From: Acidobacteriota bacterium
Lineage (GTDB): Bacteria > Acidobacteriota > Terriglobia > Terriglobales > Acidobacteriaceae
Direction: 5' to 3'
NCBI GenBank assembly: GCA_013290025.1
Contig: JABCYV010000001.1
Span: 545 to 64,544, forward strand
DNA: 64,000 bases
The position numbers were made by a program, and so were the translations under genes. The notes beneath the pieces are model-generated. The model saw only the letters and a program-made list of their open reading frames with translations, was not told the origin of the DNA and ran no database searches. Positions 18,611-29,089 of the stretch are shown here, piece by piece; the stretch's first letter is position 1, and every line of letters starts with the position of its first letter.

Positions 18611-19210
18611 ATGGCTATCATCTCGCGAGGTTTTGCCGGTCGACGCAGCGCCGCGGAAGCCAAACTCCCGCCTGGTCAATACCTCACCACGGATTTTCCC
18701 GTGTTGTCTGCGGGACCGACACCGCATGTATCCCTTGATCGCTGGGAATTTACCATCGATGACGGCAGCAACGTTTTGAAGCGATGGGATTGGAAGTCGT
18801 TTCGTGAGTTGCTCAGCGAGAGTATCACGGTTGATATACATTGCGTAACGCGATGGTCGAAACTTGGCACATCGTGGGAAGGGGTTTCGCTTGATGTCCT
18901 GCTTGCCGATGTAAGAACAGAGTTGCCCTATGCAATGTTCCGTTCGTATGGCGACTACACGACGAACCTCCCTCTGAAAGATGTTATGAACAAGCAGGCC
19001 TGGATCGCATTCAAATTTAACGGTGCCGACCTTGAGCCCGAACACGGCGGCCCCGCGCGGCTTTTGGTTCCCCATCTTTATTTGTGGAAGAGCGCTAAGT
19101 GGGTGAAGGGCATGACGCTGATGCCGCACGACAAACCGGGTTTTTGGGAGAGCCTCGGCTATCACATCTATGGTGACCCATGGCAGGAACAGCGGTACTC
19201 GGGCGAGTGA
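18611..19210 (+). CDS. sulfite oxidase-like molybdopterin-dependent oxidoreductase
   Basis: LPPGQYLTTDFPVL, IHCVTRWSKLGTSWEGV, GGPARLLVPHLYLWKSAKWV and GFWESLGYH. Confidence 0.9.
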   Translation: MAIISRGFAGRRSAAEAKLPPGQYLTTDFPVLSAGPTPHVSLDRWEFTIDDGSNVLKRWDWKSFRELLSESITVDIHCVTRWSKLGTSWEGVSLDVLLADVRTELPYAMFRSYGDYTTNLPLKDVMNKQAWIAFKFNGADLEPEHGGPARLLVPHLYLWKSAKWVKGMTLMPHDKPGFWESLGYHIYGDPWQEQRYSGE

Positions 19211-19941
19211 CGTGGCGTGCCGCAAAGGCTGTAGCGGTGCACGACGAAACAGCAACTGCACGGACGCTTGCACTTGCAATTTGCGATTGGCCAGGTCACG
19301 TCGCCGGCCAGCACGTTGACGTGCGATTGACGGCTCCAGACGGATATTCTGCGGTCCGATCCTACTCCATTGCTTCCGCGCCAAGCTCGGATGGGCGTAT
19401 TGAAATCACGGTCGAGCGACTACCGAACGGCGAAGTCTCTCCCTATCTGACGCAGGAAGTCGTGGTCGGCGATGAACTCGAACTGCGAGGTCCGATAGGT
19501 GGATGGTTCGTGTGGCGAAGCGTCCAGACGGAGCCGATCCAACTGGTAGCCGGTGGCTCCGGCATCGTTCCTCTTATGGCTATGATTCGCTCGCGTCGTT
19601 CGGCGGGCAGCAGCGCACCATTCCGGTTGCTGTATTCCGTCCGGGAACCAGAGACGGTTTTTTACCGCGATGAACTGCAGGCATTATCAAATCAAGGCGA
19701 CTCAGTAGTAATCAGTTACGTGTACACGCGAGTGACTCCGAAGGATTGGCCCAGACCCGCCGGACGCATCGACGCACCACTCATTGGGACGGGTACATGG
19801 CCTTCGACCCTTCGGCCAACCAGCTACGTCTGCGGCACGACCTCATTCGTTGAGCATGCCACTGACCTCCTGATCGCTGCCGGCCACGATCGTGAAAGGA
19901 TCAGGACAGAGCGCTTCGGCGCCACCGGAGAACGGAAATGA
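19207..19941 (+). CDS. ferredoxin-NADP reductase-like FAD/NAD(P)-binding oxidoreductase
   Basis: RSYSIAS (FAD) and GGSGIVPLMAM (NAD) motifs. GTG 19207 overlaps the upstream stop (GTGA); the track start 19180 is also possible. Confidence 0.85.
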   Translation: MTWRAAKAVAVHDETATARTLALAICDWPGHVAGQHVDVRLTAPDGYSAVRSYSIASAPSSDGRIEITVERLPNGEVSPYLTQEVVVGDELELRGPIGGWFVWRSVQTEPIQLVAGGSGIVPLMAMIRSRRSAGSSAPFRLLYSVREPETVFYRDELQALSNQGDSVVISYVYTRVTPKDWPRPAGRIDAPLIGTGTWPSTLRPTSYVCGTTSFVEHATDLLIAAGHDRERIRTERFGATGERK

Positions 19942-20213
19942 ATGCATCTATGAACTATCTTGACGGCAATGCTGCCGCAGGTGAATTGAGCACGATATTC
20001 GTGGCGGATATTACAAGCGCAGAGGGACAATGCGCCAATTGCGGCGGAAAGAAACCGTTTGCCGAGGCACATTTGTATATGCAGTGTCCTGGCCTCGTCG
20101 CGCGTTGTGCGCTCTGCGGGCACGTACTCCTGCGATTCGCCAATGTACAGGGGCGCGTCTTCCTCGATCTTCGCGGTATGACGTACTTAAGCGTGGACGC
20201 AGCCCCACAGTAG
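19938..20213 (+). CDS. DUF6510-like small Cys-rich protein
   Basis: LDGNAAAGELSTIF...CANCG...ARCALCGHVLLRF. The start overlaps the upstream stop (ATGA). Confidence 0.7.
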   Translation: MNASMNYLDGNAAAGELSTIFVADITSAEGQCANCGGKKPFAEAHLYMQCPGLVARCALCGHVLLRFANVQGRVFLDLRGMTYLSVDAAPQ

Positions 20214-20268
20214 GCAACCAACTAGCCAATGGCTGCCTTCGGTTTCGATAAGGGAGGCGAGTTCTCTA

Positions 20269-20634
20269 ATGAAGGTGACTGCCCTGACAATTCCTCTCCT
20301 TATGCTCGCCCTGATCGCTTTCGGGAGCTCGCTTTCGCGAAAACAGACCACGGCAACTCCGGACGTGCCTGATTACCGCTACGCCGATCCTTTTCGCGGC
20401 TCAGAAGGTGGAAAAACGCTCGTACGGGCTTGCGGGAACTGCCACACGAATCAGACGAAGTTGCCCTGGTATGGCCACGTAGTGCCGATCTCGTGGTGGA
20501 TCAACAGGCATGTCCGCGAGGGGACGCAAGCGTTGAACTTTACTGAATGGACAACGTATTCAGCGCGCCGCCAACGCGATGAACTGCAGTCGATCTGCGG
20601 AGTCGTCTCGAATGGCAGAATGCCGCCGGCTTGA
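20269..20634 (+). CDS. haem-binding domain-containing protein
   Basis: Signal peptide plus CGNCHTNQTKLPWYGHVVPISWWINRHVREGTQALNFTEW. Confidence 0.8.
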   Translation: MKVTALTIPLLMLALIAFGSSLSRKQTTATPDVPDYRYADPFRGSEGGKTLVRACGNCHTNQTKLPWYGHVVPISWWINRHVREGTQALNFTEWTTYSARRQRDELQSICGVVSNGRMPPA

Positions 20635-20676
20635 TATAGGGTTCTACATCCTGAATCGCGATTGGAAGCTAAGGAT

Positions 20677-20771
20677 AAGAAACTGATATGTGCCTGGGCA
20701 GCTAATGAGTGGGAACCCGAGAAGTAGCCATTCGCCGAACGAACGAAACCTATCCCATTCTTGAATGGTTC
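20677..20771. repeat. 95-bp direct repeat, left copy
   Basis: Matches 24137-24231 with about 5 mismatches (agaaactgatatgtgcctgggcagctaatgagtgggaac...). Confidence 0.9.
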
Positions 20772-20820
20772 CCACTCTGGTCGGCCAATCGGAAGTTGGG
20801 ACGCTTTCAGTTCGATTCTG

Positions 20821-20853
20821 CTGGATTGGCGAAAAAAGCAGCCTAGCGTGAGA
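20821..20853. repeat. 33-bp inverted copy of the ureG 3' end
   Basis: tggattggcgaaaaaagcagcctagcgtgagac is the reverse complement of 24235-24267 with 1 mismatch. It encodes ..GLAKKAA-stop in the plus orientation. Confidence 0.85.
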
Positions 20854-20941
20854 CACTCTTAATCCCTTTTTATTCCTTGCGAAACCCGCCGACTCTCGAA
20901 CACGACTCAAATTACTGTCGTGCCCCAGGACGACGTATCTT

Positions 20942-22591
20942 TTACGCTGCTTTAGTCGCAAGCGCGGGTCCTTTGCCATACACCGGCTTGTACACATGGT
21001 CACGAATGAACGCGACCATATCAGCAGGACGCTCCACGCGAGCGAGCCGGGAATCAAAGACCAGCTTCGCGACTCGCGCTGCCGTCTGGATTTCTGTTTC
21101 CAAAATGTTCGACTGCAGAGGATACAGAAGCCCCTGCTTCAGCAAGTCCGAGGATACCTGGTCCGCAACCGCACGCGCAGCCTCGATAAACATCTCGTCA
21201 GTGATGCGGGAAGCCTGTGTCGCGAACACTGCCATTCCTATTGCCGGAAAGATGTAGAAATTGTTGGCTTGGCCGGGCAGGAATGTTTGTCCCTTGAAGT
21301 GGACGGGCGGAAATTGCACGCCGGCAGCATAGATCGCCTTGCCGTTCGACCAGGTATAGGCCTGTTCGGGCGTGCACTCCGCGTGCTCGGTGGGGTTCGA
21401 AAGCGCAAGGACAACCGGACGTTCATTGATCCGCGACATTGCCTCGATTACTCTTTGTGTGAAGGTTCCACCGACCGTGCTCACACCGATGATGGCCGTG
21501 GGCTTGATGCTCTCGATCGCCGCCACAAAGTCCCGCGTGGGCGCGTGCTTGTGGGCGTAGGGCCTCTGGAAATCAACCAGATCGGGACGCGTGGTTTCGA
21601 GCAGGCCGTTGATGTCGAACATGTATACGTGTCCCTGCCCGTCTTGGAGCGTGAGACCTTCCTGGACCATCGCCGAACACAAGAGATCAGCAAGACCGAT
21701 GCCGGCTGACCCAGCGCCGAGGAATAGGTACCTCTCGTCACTGACTTTCTTACCTTTGATCTTTGCTGCGTTGATCATTCCCGCGAGCACGATTCCCGCG
21801 GTGCCCTGCACGTCGTCGTTGTAGACGCAGTACTTGTCACGGAAACGCTGCAGCAGGTGAACGGCATCCACGCCAGTCCAATCTTCGAAGTGAACGCAGC
21901 ATTTCGGGAACACTTCCTGCACGGCCTGCATGAACTCGTCGACGAACGAATAGAGGTCCTCGGTGCTCGGACGCGTCTTGCGCATGCCCAGGTACAAAGG
22001 ATCGTGAAGGTACTGTTCGTTGTTGGTGCCGGCATCGAGATACATGGGAAGAAGATACTGTGGCGGCACACCGGCGCACGCCGTGTACAGCTGCAGCTTG
22101 CCGATGGGAATACCCATCCCGTTGGCACCGAGGTCGCCGAGGCCAAGAATACGGCCGCCATCGGTGACACAGATGAAGCGGATGTCTTTCTGAGGCCAGT
22201 TCTTCAGAACTTCTTTGACCTTGCCGCGGCGGGCCATGGAGAGATACATGCCATGCGGCTGCCGATAGATGTGACCAAACTTGAGGCATGCTTCCCCGAT
22301 GGTAGGGTCATACACGATTGGCAGAAAGCGGGCCGGGTCGGACATGATGGTCCGATAGAACAACGTCTCATTGTGGTCCAGCAGGTTGATCAGGTAAATG
22401 TAGCGCTCAAGGTCGGTTGGCTTGGCTGCCAGCTGCAACATCACGCGCTGCAACTGCAGGTCTTCCGTTTCCGTTGCGTCAGGGACAATGCCGACAAGTC
22501 CGAGCGCCTCCTTTTCGGACTCGGCGAAGGCGGTTGATTTGTTGAGTAATGGGTCCTGGAGTACCTCGATTCCTCTCTTACTGGTGGTCAT
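20942..22591 (-). CDS. maeA: NAD(P)-dependent malic enzyme
   Basis: 549 aa. LQDPLLNKSTAFAESEKEALGL, FNDDVQGTAGIVLAG and GAGSAGIG are typical of malic enzymes. Confidence 0.93.
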   Translation of the reverse strand: MTTSKRGIEVLQDPLLNKSTAFAESEKEALGLVGIVPDATETEDLQLQRVMLQLAAKPTDLERYIYLINLLDHNETLFYRTIMSDPARFLPIVYDPTIGEACLKFGHIYRQPHGMYLSMARRGKVKEVLKNWPQKDIRFICVTDGGRILGLGDLGANGMGIPIGKLQLYTACAGVPPQYLLPMYLDAGTNNEQYLHDPLYLGMRKTRPSTEDLYSFVDEFMQAVQEVFPKCCVHFEDWTGVDAVHLLQRFRDKYCVYNDDVQGTAGIVLAGMINAAKIKGKKVSDERYLFLGAGSAGIGLADLLCSAMVQEGLTLQDGQGHVYMFDINGLLETTRPDLVDFQRPYAHKHAPTRDFVAAIESIKPTAIIGVSTVGGTFTQRVIEAMSRINERPVVLALSNPTEHAECTPEQAYTWSNGKAIYAAGVQFPPVHFKGQTFLPGQANNFYIFPAIGMAVFATQASRITDEMFIEAARAVADQVSSDLLKQGLLYPLQSNILETEIQTAARVAKLVFDSRLARVERPADMVAFIRDHVYKPVYGKGPALATKAA

Positions 22592-22612
22592 AATCCTTCT
22601 CCTTCCTATTTC

Positions 22613-24019
22613 TCAGGCAGCGGTTGCAACATAGGGTTTCACCATCTTGCTGGGATCGACGATGCGATCAAATTCATCTTCGGTGACAAAACCCAGCTTC
22701 AGGGCGGCGGCTTTGAGCGTTAGATCATTGTCCAAGGCGTAGTGCGCGATCTTGGATGCCTTGTCATAGCCGATTACCGGTGAGAGGGCGGTGACCAGCA
22801 TCAGCGAACGCTCAACATATTCTGTGATCTTCTTCAAGTTGGGCTTGGTGCCCTCGATCAGGAACTTGCGAAAATTGGTGCAGCCATCCGCCATGATGGC
22901 GATGGAATGCGTGATGTTGAAGATCATCAGCGGCTTATAAACGTTCATTTCGAGATAGCCACCGGCGCCGCCGAACCCGACCGCGACATCATTGGCCATG
23001 ACCTGCACAGCGATCATGGTGAGCGCCTCGCACTGGGTCGGATTGACTTTGCCAGGCATGATCGAGGATCCGGGCTCATTCGCCGGTATAAACAATTCCG
23101 CGAATCCGGCCCGCGGTCCACAAGACATCAGGCGAATGTCGTTGGCGATCTTGTACAGCGACACCGCCAGTGTGCGCAGCGTACCGGAAAGCTGAACTAG
23201 CGCGTCGTGAGCGCCCTGCACTGTGAATTTGTTGGGCGCGCTGACAAAGGGTAGTCCCGTTAGCTTGGCGATCTCGGCGGCTGCTGCTTCGGCAAACCCG
23301 GGTGCCGAATTGAGGCCGGTTCCCACCGCTGTGCCACCAAGCGCGAGGCAGTACACGCCGCTAAGTCCGGCCTCGATCCGTTCAAGATCATCTGTCAGCA
23401 TTCCCACATAGCCGGACCACTCCTCGCCCAACGTCAAGGGTGTGGCGTCCTGCATGTGCGTACGACCGATCTTTACGATGTCCCTCCACGCCTCCGCCTT
23501 CTCACTGACGGCGTTGCGCAGAGCTGCCAGCGCGGGAATCAGTCGTTGCTTCGCGTTGACGGCAGCCGCGATGTACATGGCCGACGGAAACGAATCATTC
23601 GACGACTGGGCCATATTTACGTGATCGTTCGGGTGTACTGGCGTTTTGCTCCCGAGAGGCGTACCAGCGAGCTGGCAACTGCGGTTCGAAATCACCTCGT
23701 TCATGTTCATGTTGAACTGGGTGCCGCTGCCAGTCATCCACACGTGCAACGGAAACATGTCATGAAGTTCGCCGGCGAGGATTTCGTCGCAAACCTGCAC
23801 GATCAATTTGTATTGCTGATCTCCGAGCCGTCTGCCGTCGTGGTTTGCGATGGCGGCGGCCTTCTTCAGGATGGCGTAAGCAGTGATCATCTCGCGCGGG
23901 ATCAGATCTTTGCCAATGCAGAAATGCTCGAGCGAACGTTGCGTCTGAGCACCCCAGAGCTTGTCTGCAGGAACTTCAACGACGCCGAGGCTGTCTGTTT
24001 CTTTTCGGATGTCGGTCAT
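22613..24019 (-). CDS. fumC: class II fumarate hydratase
   Basis: [16 protein letters not shown] signature. Starts [29 protein letters not shown] at ATG 24019, preceded by GGAGGAG. Confidence 0.95.
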   Translation of the reverse strand: MTDIRKETDSLGVVEVPADKLWGAQTQRSLEHFCIGKDLIPREMITAYAILKKAAAIANHDGRRLGDQQYKLIVQVCDEILAGELHDMFPLHVWMTGSGTQFNMNMNEVISNRSCQLAGTPLGSKTPVHPNDHVNMAQSSNDSFPSAMYIAAAVNAKQRLIPALAALRNAVSEKAEAWRDIVKIGRTHMQDATPLTLGEEWSGYVGMLTDDLERIEAGLSGVYCLALGGTAVGTGLNSAPGFAEAAAAEIAKLTGLPFVSAPNKFTVQGAHDALVQLSGTLRTLAVSLYKIANDIRLMSCGPRAGFAELFIPANEPGSSIMPGKVNPTQCEALTMIAVQVMANDVAVGFGGAGGYLEMNVYKPLMIFNITHSIAIMADGCTNFRKFLIEGTKPNLKKITEYVERSLMLVTALSPVIGYDKASKIAHYALDNDLTLKAAALKLGFVTEDEFDRIVDPSKMVKPYVATAA

Positions 24020-24136
24020 ATTCTCCTCCGAGAAGGTAAGTGCTGAAACTCTCAGGTTGCTTCTATTTGAATCTAATTCCTCAAGGGTTACCTTCAAGGA
24101 ACTCGCGCCGTTCCTTCGCGAAACGTGTGACGTGCT

Positions 24137-24231
24137 AGAAACTGATATGTGCCTGGGCAGCTAATGAGTGGGAACGCGAGAAGTAACCATTCGCCGAACG
24201 AACGAAATCTATCCCATTCTTGAACGGTTCC
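24137..24231. repeat. 95-bp direct repeat, right copy
   Basis: Matches 20677-20771. It lies between the ureG stop and the fumC start. Confidence 0.9.
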
Positions 24232-24242
24232 GCTGTCTCACA

Positions 24243-24887
24243 CTAGGCTGCTTTTTTCGCCAATCCACCTTTCTCAATGATGAAGTTTGCAATCGGCTCA
24301 ACCCCTTCGCCGCTCTTCAAATTTGAAAAAACGAAGGGCCTCTTCCCGCGCATTCTGAGCGTGTCCGCTTCCATTACCCCAAGATTCACCCCTACCAGAG
24401 GAGCAAGGTCGATCTTGTTAATAACGAGAAGATCGGAGCGCGTAATTCCAGGACCGCCCTTGCGAGGGATCTTCTCACCTTCCGCAACGTCGATCACGTA
24501 GATCGTTAGGTCCGCCAGTTCGGGGCTGAAAGTTGCCGCCAAATTATCTCCGCCCGATTCCACAAAGCACAACTCTGCATGCGGGAATTTCTTGTTCATC
24601 TCTTCGATGGCAGCGAGGTTCATAGATGCATCTTCTCGGATTGCAGTGTGAGGACAGCCTCCGGTTTCGACTCCCATAATGCGCTCCGCCGGCAGTGCCT
24701 GCGCACGGGTAAGGATGAGCTGATCCTCCTTTGTGTAGATGTCATTCGTAATCACGTAAATGTCGTATGTGTCGCGGAGGCGCTTGCAGAGCGCTTCAAC
24801 GAGTGCCGTTTTGCCGGACCCGACAGGGCCGCCGATACCGACACGCAAGGGATGGGCTTGGGAATCGGAACTCGAAGTATCAGTCAT
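24243..24887 (-). CDS. ureG: urease accessory GTPase UreG
   Basis: [12 protein letters not shown]-loop, ESGGDNL and NKIDL motifs. Confidence 0.97.
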   Translation of the reverse strand: MTDTSSSDSQAHPLRVGIGGPVGSGKTALVEALCKRLRDTYDIYVITNDIYTKEDQLILTRAQALPAERIMGVETGGCPHTAIREDASMNLAAIEEMNKKFPHAELCFVESGGDNLAATFSPELADLTIYVIDVAEGEKIPRKGGPGITRSDLLVINKIDLAPLVGVNLGVMEADTLRMRGKRPFVFSNLKSGEGVEPIANFIIEKGGLAKKAA

Positions 24888-25594
24888 GACCGAAATAACC
24901 TCGTGTATTGGGTTTCATGAGATGCGGAAGCAAAATCGACCACGAACGCGGCCGAACCCAGATCGTGAATTGTTGCCTGTTCAGCTTGGGCAGCCACAGC
25001 CAGCACTGCTGGCTCAAGCTCGGCAATAGCAAGCTGTCCATCGGTTTGACCAAGAGGGATCAAGCGCACACCGGCCGTTACTAAGTTCGCGAGATAGCTT
25101 TGCAGAAAAGCGGGCAGGGCCAACGTGGCCGGAATGTCTTGCCTTGCTGCGCGAACTCCGAGAACCACTGATAAGACCGGTGCAATTCTGAGTTCCGAGA
25201 GTAATGCCGACAGACTCTCCATGAGAGTATCGGGCCATACGCGGCGCAATGTAGCGAGGCAGGCCGTCGCCTGCTGCGATGTTTCAAGTGCAAATTCCGA
25301 TGTCCCCCGAAAGGCGGCTGCGAGTTCCGCAATTTTAAGCAACTTTTCGCAGTCGTCATCTGTCGCCGAGCGCCAGGCCTCAATGAAGAAAATCGCTTCG
25401 TTTCGTCCTGAGCCATAGCAGAGATCTGCTTCCAGCCAATCCACAAGGCTTTTGCGATCATGAATGTGTCCCGCTTCTACGGCCCATTCGATACCGTGAG
25501 AGTAGCTATACGAGCCGGTAGGAAACGCGGGCGAAAGCCAGCTTTGCTGCCTCAAGAGTGCCACCTGTGAGACAAGCTGCTGCTGATCACTCAT
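24884..25594 (-). CDS. ureF: urease accessory protein UreF
   Basis: [21 protein letters not shown] motif. I chose ATG 25594 (MSDQQQL), which overlaps the ureE end by 8 nt. Confidence 0.88.
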   Translation of the reverse strand: MSDQQQLVSQVALLRQQSWLSPAFPTGSYSYSHGIEWAVEAGHIHDRKSLVDWLEADLCYGSGRNEAIFFIEAWRSATDDDCEKLLKIAELAAAFRGTSEFALETSQQATACLATLRRVWPDTLMESLSALLSELRIAPVLSVVLGVRAARQDIPATLALPAFLQSYLANLVTAGVRLIPLGQTDGQLAIAELEPAVLAVAAQAEQATIHDLGSAAFVVDFASASHETQYTRLFRS

Positions 25595-26111
25595 GATGAT
25601 GTTGGCTGCCATGATGTTTGTGGTGGTGGCCGTGACCGTAAGCACCGCCTTCCGGCTGGAAGGCGGACTGGACCTTTTGAAGATCCGCCCCCAGGCCACG
25701 GAGCATATCTTCTATTACGTGGTCGGGCCGAATAAGAAGAACATGGTCTCGAATTTCGGTCGGCAAATGCCGATTACCCAGGTGCCATGCTAGGCGCATC
25801 AGCTGGATAGGATCTTTGTGTCTGACTTCGACAATATCCTCCGCAGCCGCCTGAACCTTTAGCCACCTTCCATCGTCCAGTTGCAGCCCGTCTCCTTCAG
25901 CCATGGCAACCGCTTGGGGAAGGTCGAGCAGGACATCTTCGCCTTGATCCCCAGTCAGGCGAATACGGCGTCGATGCCGCGCGTCGAAATCAAGAGTGAG
26001 CGATCCTGCCGCGTTTTCCGTCGGCCAATCCCCGGCGAGTCGATGAACGGAAGCGCGATGAGTGGGATCACCGTGAATGGAAGCGTTATGCGTGGTCATA
26101 GTCATACTCAA
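25587..26111 (-). CDS. ureE: urease accessory metallochaperone UreE
   Basis: Position in the operon, HLGNRHLP motif, and His-rich tail [16 protein letters not shown]. Confidence 0.9.
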   Translation of the reverse strand: MSMTMTTHNASIHGDPTHRASVHRLAGDWPTENAAGSLTLDFDARHRRRIRLTGDQGEDVLLDLPQAVAMAEGDGLQLDDGRWLKVQAAAEDIVEVRHKDPIQLMRLAWHLGNRHLPTEIRDHVLLIRPDHVIEDMLRGLGADLQKVQSAFQPEGGAYGHGHHHKHHGSQHHHE

Positions 26112-27817
26112 TACATGAAATAACGTTGAGCCAGGGACAGTACTTTGGCCGGCTCACAGGTGAGAAGGCGGCCATCGGCCCGCACTTCGTAGGTTTCGGG
26201 GTTTACTTCCATGCGAGGCGTGGCATTATTCAAAATCATCGAACGCTTGCCGATCTTGCGCGTGTTGGATACGGGAAGAAGTTTCTTTGCCAGTCCAAGC
26301 GTTTCCCCTTTTTGGAGCAGCGCCTGGCTCACAAACGTCACCGAGCTTTCCGTCAAAGAGCGACCGAAGGCACCGAACATGGGCCGGTAGTATTCGGGTT
26401 GCGGTGAAGGGATGGAGGCGTTGGGGTCTCCCATGATCGCAGCCGCGATCGTGCCGCTCTTTAGCACCATGTCGGGCTTCACCCCGAAAAAGGCTGGATC
26501 CCAGATACAAATGTCGGCAAGCTTCCCAATTTCAATCGAACCGACGTATGTAGAAATACCTTGAGCTATCGCGGGATTAATCGTGTATTTCGAAACATAT
26601 CGTCGGGCCCGGAAGTTGTCGTTTTCGCCTTTCTCGTCGGCTAGCCGCCCAAATTGCTTCTTCATTTTGTCCGCGGTCTGCCAAGTTCGGATAATCACCT
26701 CACCCACACGGCCCATGGCCTGGCTGTCTGAAGACATGATCGATAGGGCCCCAAGATCATGCAAAATGTCTTCGGCCGCGATGGTTTCCTTGCGAATCCG
26801 GCTCTCGGCGAAGGCAAGGTCTTCAGGAACTCGCGGATCGAGATGATGGGTGACCATCACCATATCCAGGGCCTCATCGAGCGTATTTACAGTGTATGGT
26901 CGGGTTGGAGTTGTAGAAGCTGGAATAACGTTTGGTTCGCCGCAGACCTTGATGATGTCCGGGGCATGTCCGCCGCCCGCTCCTTCGGAATGAAATGTAT
27001 GAATGGTCCTGCCCTTGAAAGCGGCGATTGTATTTTCGACGAACCCGCTTTCGTTAAGCGTGTCGGTATGGATCAGAACCTGCACATCCATGTCATCTGC
27101 GACAGACAAGCAGGTATCAATAGCTGAGGGTGTCGTACCCCAGTCCTCATGAAGCTTCAAGCCGCATGCCCCCGCCTCGATCTGTTCAACGAGACCTGCT
27201 GCAGAGCTCGCGTTGCCTTTGCCGAAAAAGCCAAGGTTGATGGGAAAGCCATCAGCTGCCTGCAGCATCCTCTGAATGTGCCACGGACCTGGAGTACAGG
27301 TCGTTGCATTCGTCCCCACTGCAGGTCCCGTCCCACCGCCCATCATTGTGGTCAGGCCTGAATAGAGAGCCTCTTCGATCTGTTGTGGGCAGATGTAATG
27401 AACGTGCGTGTCGATGCCCCCGGCTGTCACAATCTTGCCCTCGCCAGCGATTACTTCGGTTCCGGGCCCTAGCACAATGGTGACGTTCGGTTGCACGTCA
27501 GGATTGCCAGCTTTGCCTATGGCGGCAATACGCCCGTCTTTGATCGCGATATCGGCCTTCACGATTCCCCAGTGATCGAGAATCAGGGCGTTGGTAATGA
27601 CGGTATCCACCGCGCCGTCGCTGCGCGAACGCTGCGACTGACCCATGCCGTCGCGAATTACCTTCCCGCCTCCGAACTTCACCTCCTCACCATAGGTCGT
27701 GTAGTCCTTCTCCACTTCGATGACGATGTCTGTATCCGCGAGGCGCACTTTGTCGCCGACAGTCGGGCCAAACATTTGCGCATAGGCAGCGCGGTTCATT
27801 TTTTTAGGCATTTTCAA
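26108..27817 (-). CDS. ureC: urease subunit alpha
   Basis: [35 protein letters not shown] and MVTHHLD motifs; 569 aa. Confidence 0.97.
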   Translation of the reverse strand: MKMPKKMNRAAYAQMFGPTVGDKVRLADTDIVIEVEKDYTTYGEEVKFGGGKVIRDGMGQSQRSRSDGAVDTVITNALILDHWGIVKADIAIKDGRIAAIGKAGNPDVQPNVTIVLGPGTEVIAGEGKIVTAGGIDTHVHYICPQQIEEALYSGLTTMMGGGTGPAVGTNATTCTPGPWHIQRMLQAADGFPINLGFFGKGNASSAAGLVEQIEAGACGLKLHEDWGTTPSAIDTCLSVADDMDVQVLIHTDTLNESGFVENTIAAFKGRTIHTFHSEGAGGGHAPDIIKVCGEPNVIPASTTPTRPYTVNTLDEALDMVMVTHHLDPRVPEDLAFAESRIRKETIAAEDILHDLGALSIMSSDSQAMGRVGEVIIRTWQTADKMKKQFGRLADEKGENDNFRARRYVSKYTINPAIAQGISTYVGSIEIGKLADICIWDPAFFGVKPDMVLKSGTIAAAIMGDPNASIPSPQPEYYRPMFGAFGRSLTESSVTFVSQALLQKGETLGLAKKLLPVSNTRKIGKRSMILNNATPRMEVNPETYEVRADGRLLTCEPAKVLSLAQRYFMY

Positions 27818-28141
27818 CTACCTCGCTGGCCCTTTCGGCAATGCTCCCATCACCGCCTTGTTGAAGCCATAAATCAGCCGTGCGCCTGCGTATGGGATTA
27901 GGGAAACTTCGCGCGACTGACCCGGTTCGAAGCGCACGGCGGTTCCTGCCGGAATGTCCAGGCGATACCCAAGTGCTGCTTTTCGATCAAAAGCGAGAGC
28001 GGCGTTGCTTTCGGCGAAATGGTAATGACTGCCGACCTGGATCGGTCTGTCGCCAGTGTTTGCGACCTTAAGAGTGATGGCAGCTCTGTCCTTGTTCAGG
28101 ACAATCTCGCCTGTTGCTGCAAAAATCTCGCCCGGAATCAT
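27818..28141 (-). CDS. ureB: urease subunit beta
   Basis: MIPGEIF...[20 protein letters not shown] 28141 has GAGGA 7 nt upstream; the track start 28147 sits too close to the SD. Confidence 0.93.
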   Translation of the reverse strand: MIPGEIFAATGEIVLNKDRAAITLKVANTGDRPIQVGSHYHFAESNAALAFDRKAALGYRLDIPAGTAVRFEPGQSREVSLIPYAGARLIYGFNKAVMGALPKGPAR

Positions 28142-28222
28142 GACCATGTCCTCTTAGACCTTTCAACTCGCTCTGCGATCTTCATTGCTGTCTTTCTTTT
28201 CTCGGATCAACCTTTCAATTGA

Positions 28223-28803
28223 CTATTGTTGTGGCAAATCCTGGTATGGCATTACGAGATACAACTCGGAACGTACCGGCAAATGGGCGACGTAAGGTTG
28301 CCCGTCTGAACCGTCGTGACTGAACGTTGCGAGATCCTCGTTGTGCGGCGTCATGATCATTACGTGAGGGCCGACGTGGTAGGTGTGGTCCTCGCTGTGT
28401 GAGGTTCCGTGCAAATCTTGAACCCATGCACCTGTGTACATGTACATCACGCCAATCTGGGCTATATCAACGGGACGGCCGGCCAGGCTGTCCTTGATCC
28501 ATTGCATGAAGTCTTGTCCAGGCACATTGGCTCGTCGTGCGGATAGCCGGGAACGCCCGGGAGACATGTCCAGTTGCTTTTCACGGGGCGCAAAATGCGA
28601 TACTGCGCGTTCGGATCCTTTGGATCCGCCGGCCAGTCCGCGATCACGGCATCTTTGGTGACAAATGCCAGCCCTCCTCGCAGTGCATCGGCGATTTTTT
28701 GTTCGTCTGTGACGGGCTTCTTGAGGGACGTATCCATTTGCGCCGAAGCAACGAGTGTAGCGGCGAAAAGTACAAAGCCAAGCAGTAGTTTGATCATGTC
28801 CAC
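28223..28803 (-). pseudogene. secreted hypothetical protein inside the urease operon, frame broken once
   Basis: ORF 28462-28803 (signal peptide MDMIKLLLGFVLFAATLVASAQ...PMCLDKT) continues in another frame as ...FMQWIKDSLAGRP...PYQDLPQQ (track ORF 28223-28834). The 1-nt shift lies near 28480. Confidence 0.6.
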
Positions 28804-28833
28804 TCCGATCGAGTCGTCTTCCCAAAGGAGACA

Positions 28834-29064
28834 TTAGCTCAATGCTTCGTCCAGTTTCGGCACATCAAAACCTACGATTACCTTGTCTTCGACGACCGTG
28901 ACGGGGCTGGTCATGAAGCCGAGCTTCTGTAGCTCCAAAATCGCAGAGGGGTCCTTCGTGATGTCCCTGTCATCGAACTGAATCTTTTTTTGTGAAAGAT
29001 ACCCCTTCACCTGGCCACAGAACATTCAGCCCGGCTGACTGTATACGATCACTTTTTTGGCCAT
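28834..29064 (-). CDS. glutaredoxin/NrdH-like small redox protein with in-frame TGA at the first Cys of CxxC (candidate selenoprotein, UxxC)
   Basis: From ATG 29064 (AAGGGG upstream): MAKKVIVYSQPG-TGA(29026-29028)-MFCGQVKGYLSQKKIQFDDRDITKD...VIVGFDVPKLDEALS. A 7-bp hairpin with GGUAU loop (28992-29010) starts 15 nt after the TGA. Confidence 0.6.
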
Positions 29065-29089
29065 GAACACCCCTTCTGTTGTTCCCGCC

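Noticed and set aside
18578-19384. 268-aa minus-strand ORF
   Set aside because: It is antisense to two well-supported genes (the Mo oxidoreductase and the FNR-like reductase). It has Arg-rich composition and no recognisable motifs.
20996-22537. Plus-strand ORFs of 237 and 226 aa
   Set aside because: They are antisense to the malic enzyme gene. This is a typical GC-rich shadow-ORF pattern.
29026-29028. TGA in the Grx-like gene as a plain nonsense mutation
   Set aside because: This is not fully rejected. I kept the Sec reading because the codon aligns with the first Cys of CxxC, a SECIS-like hairpin follows at the expected distance, and a second UxxC-type TGA occurs at 55.2 kb. A TGC-to-TGA pseudogene remains possible without seeing the sel genes.
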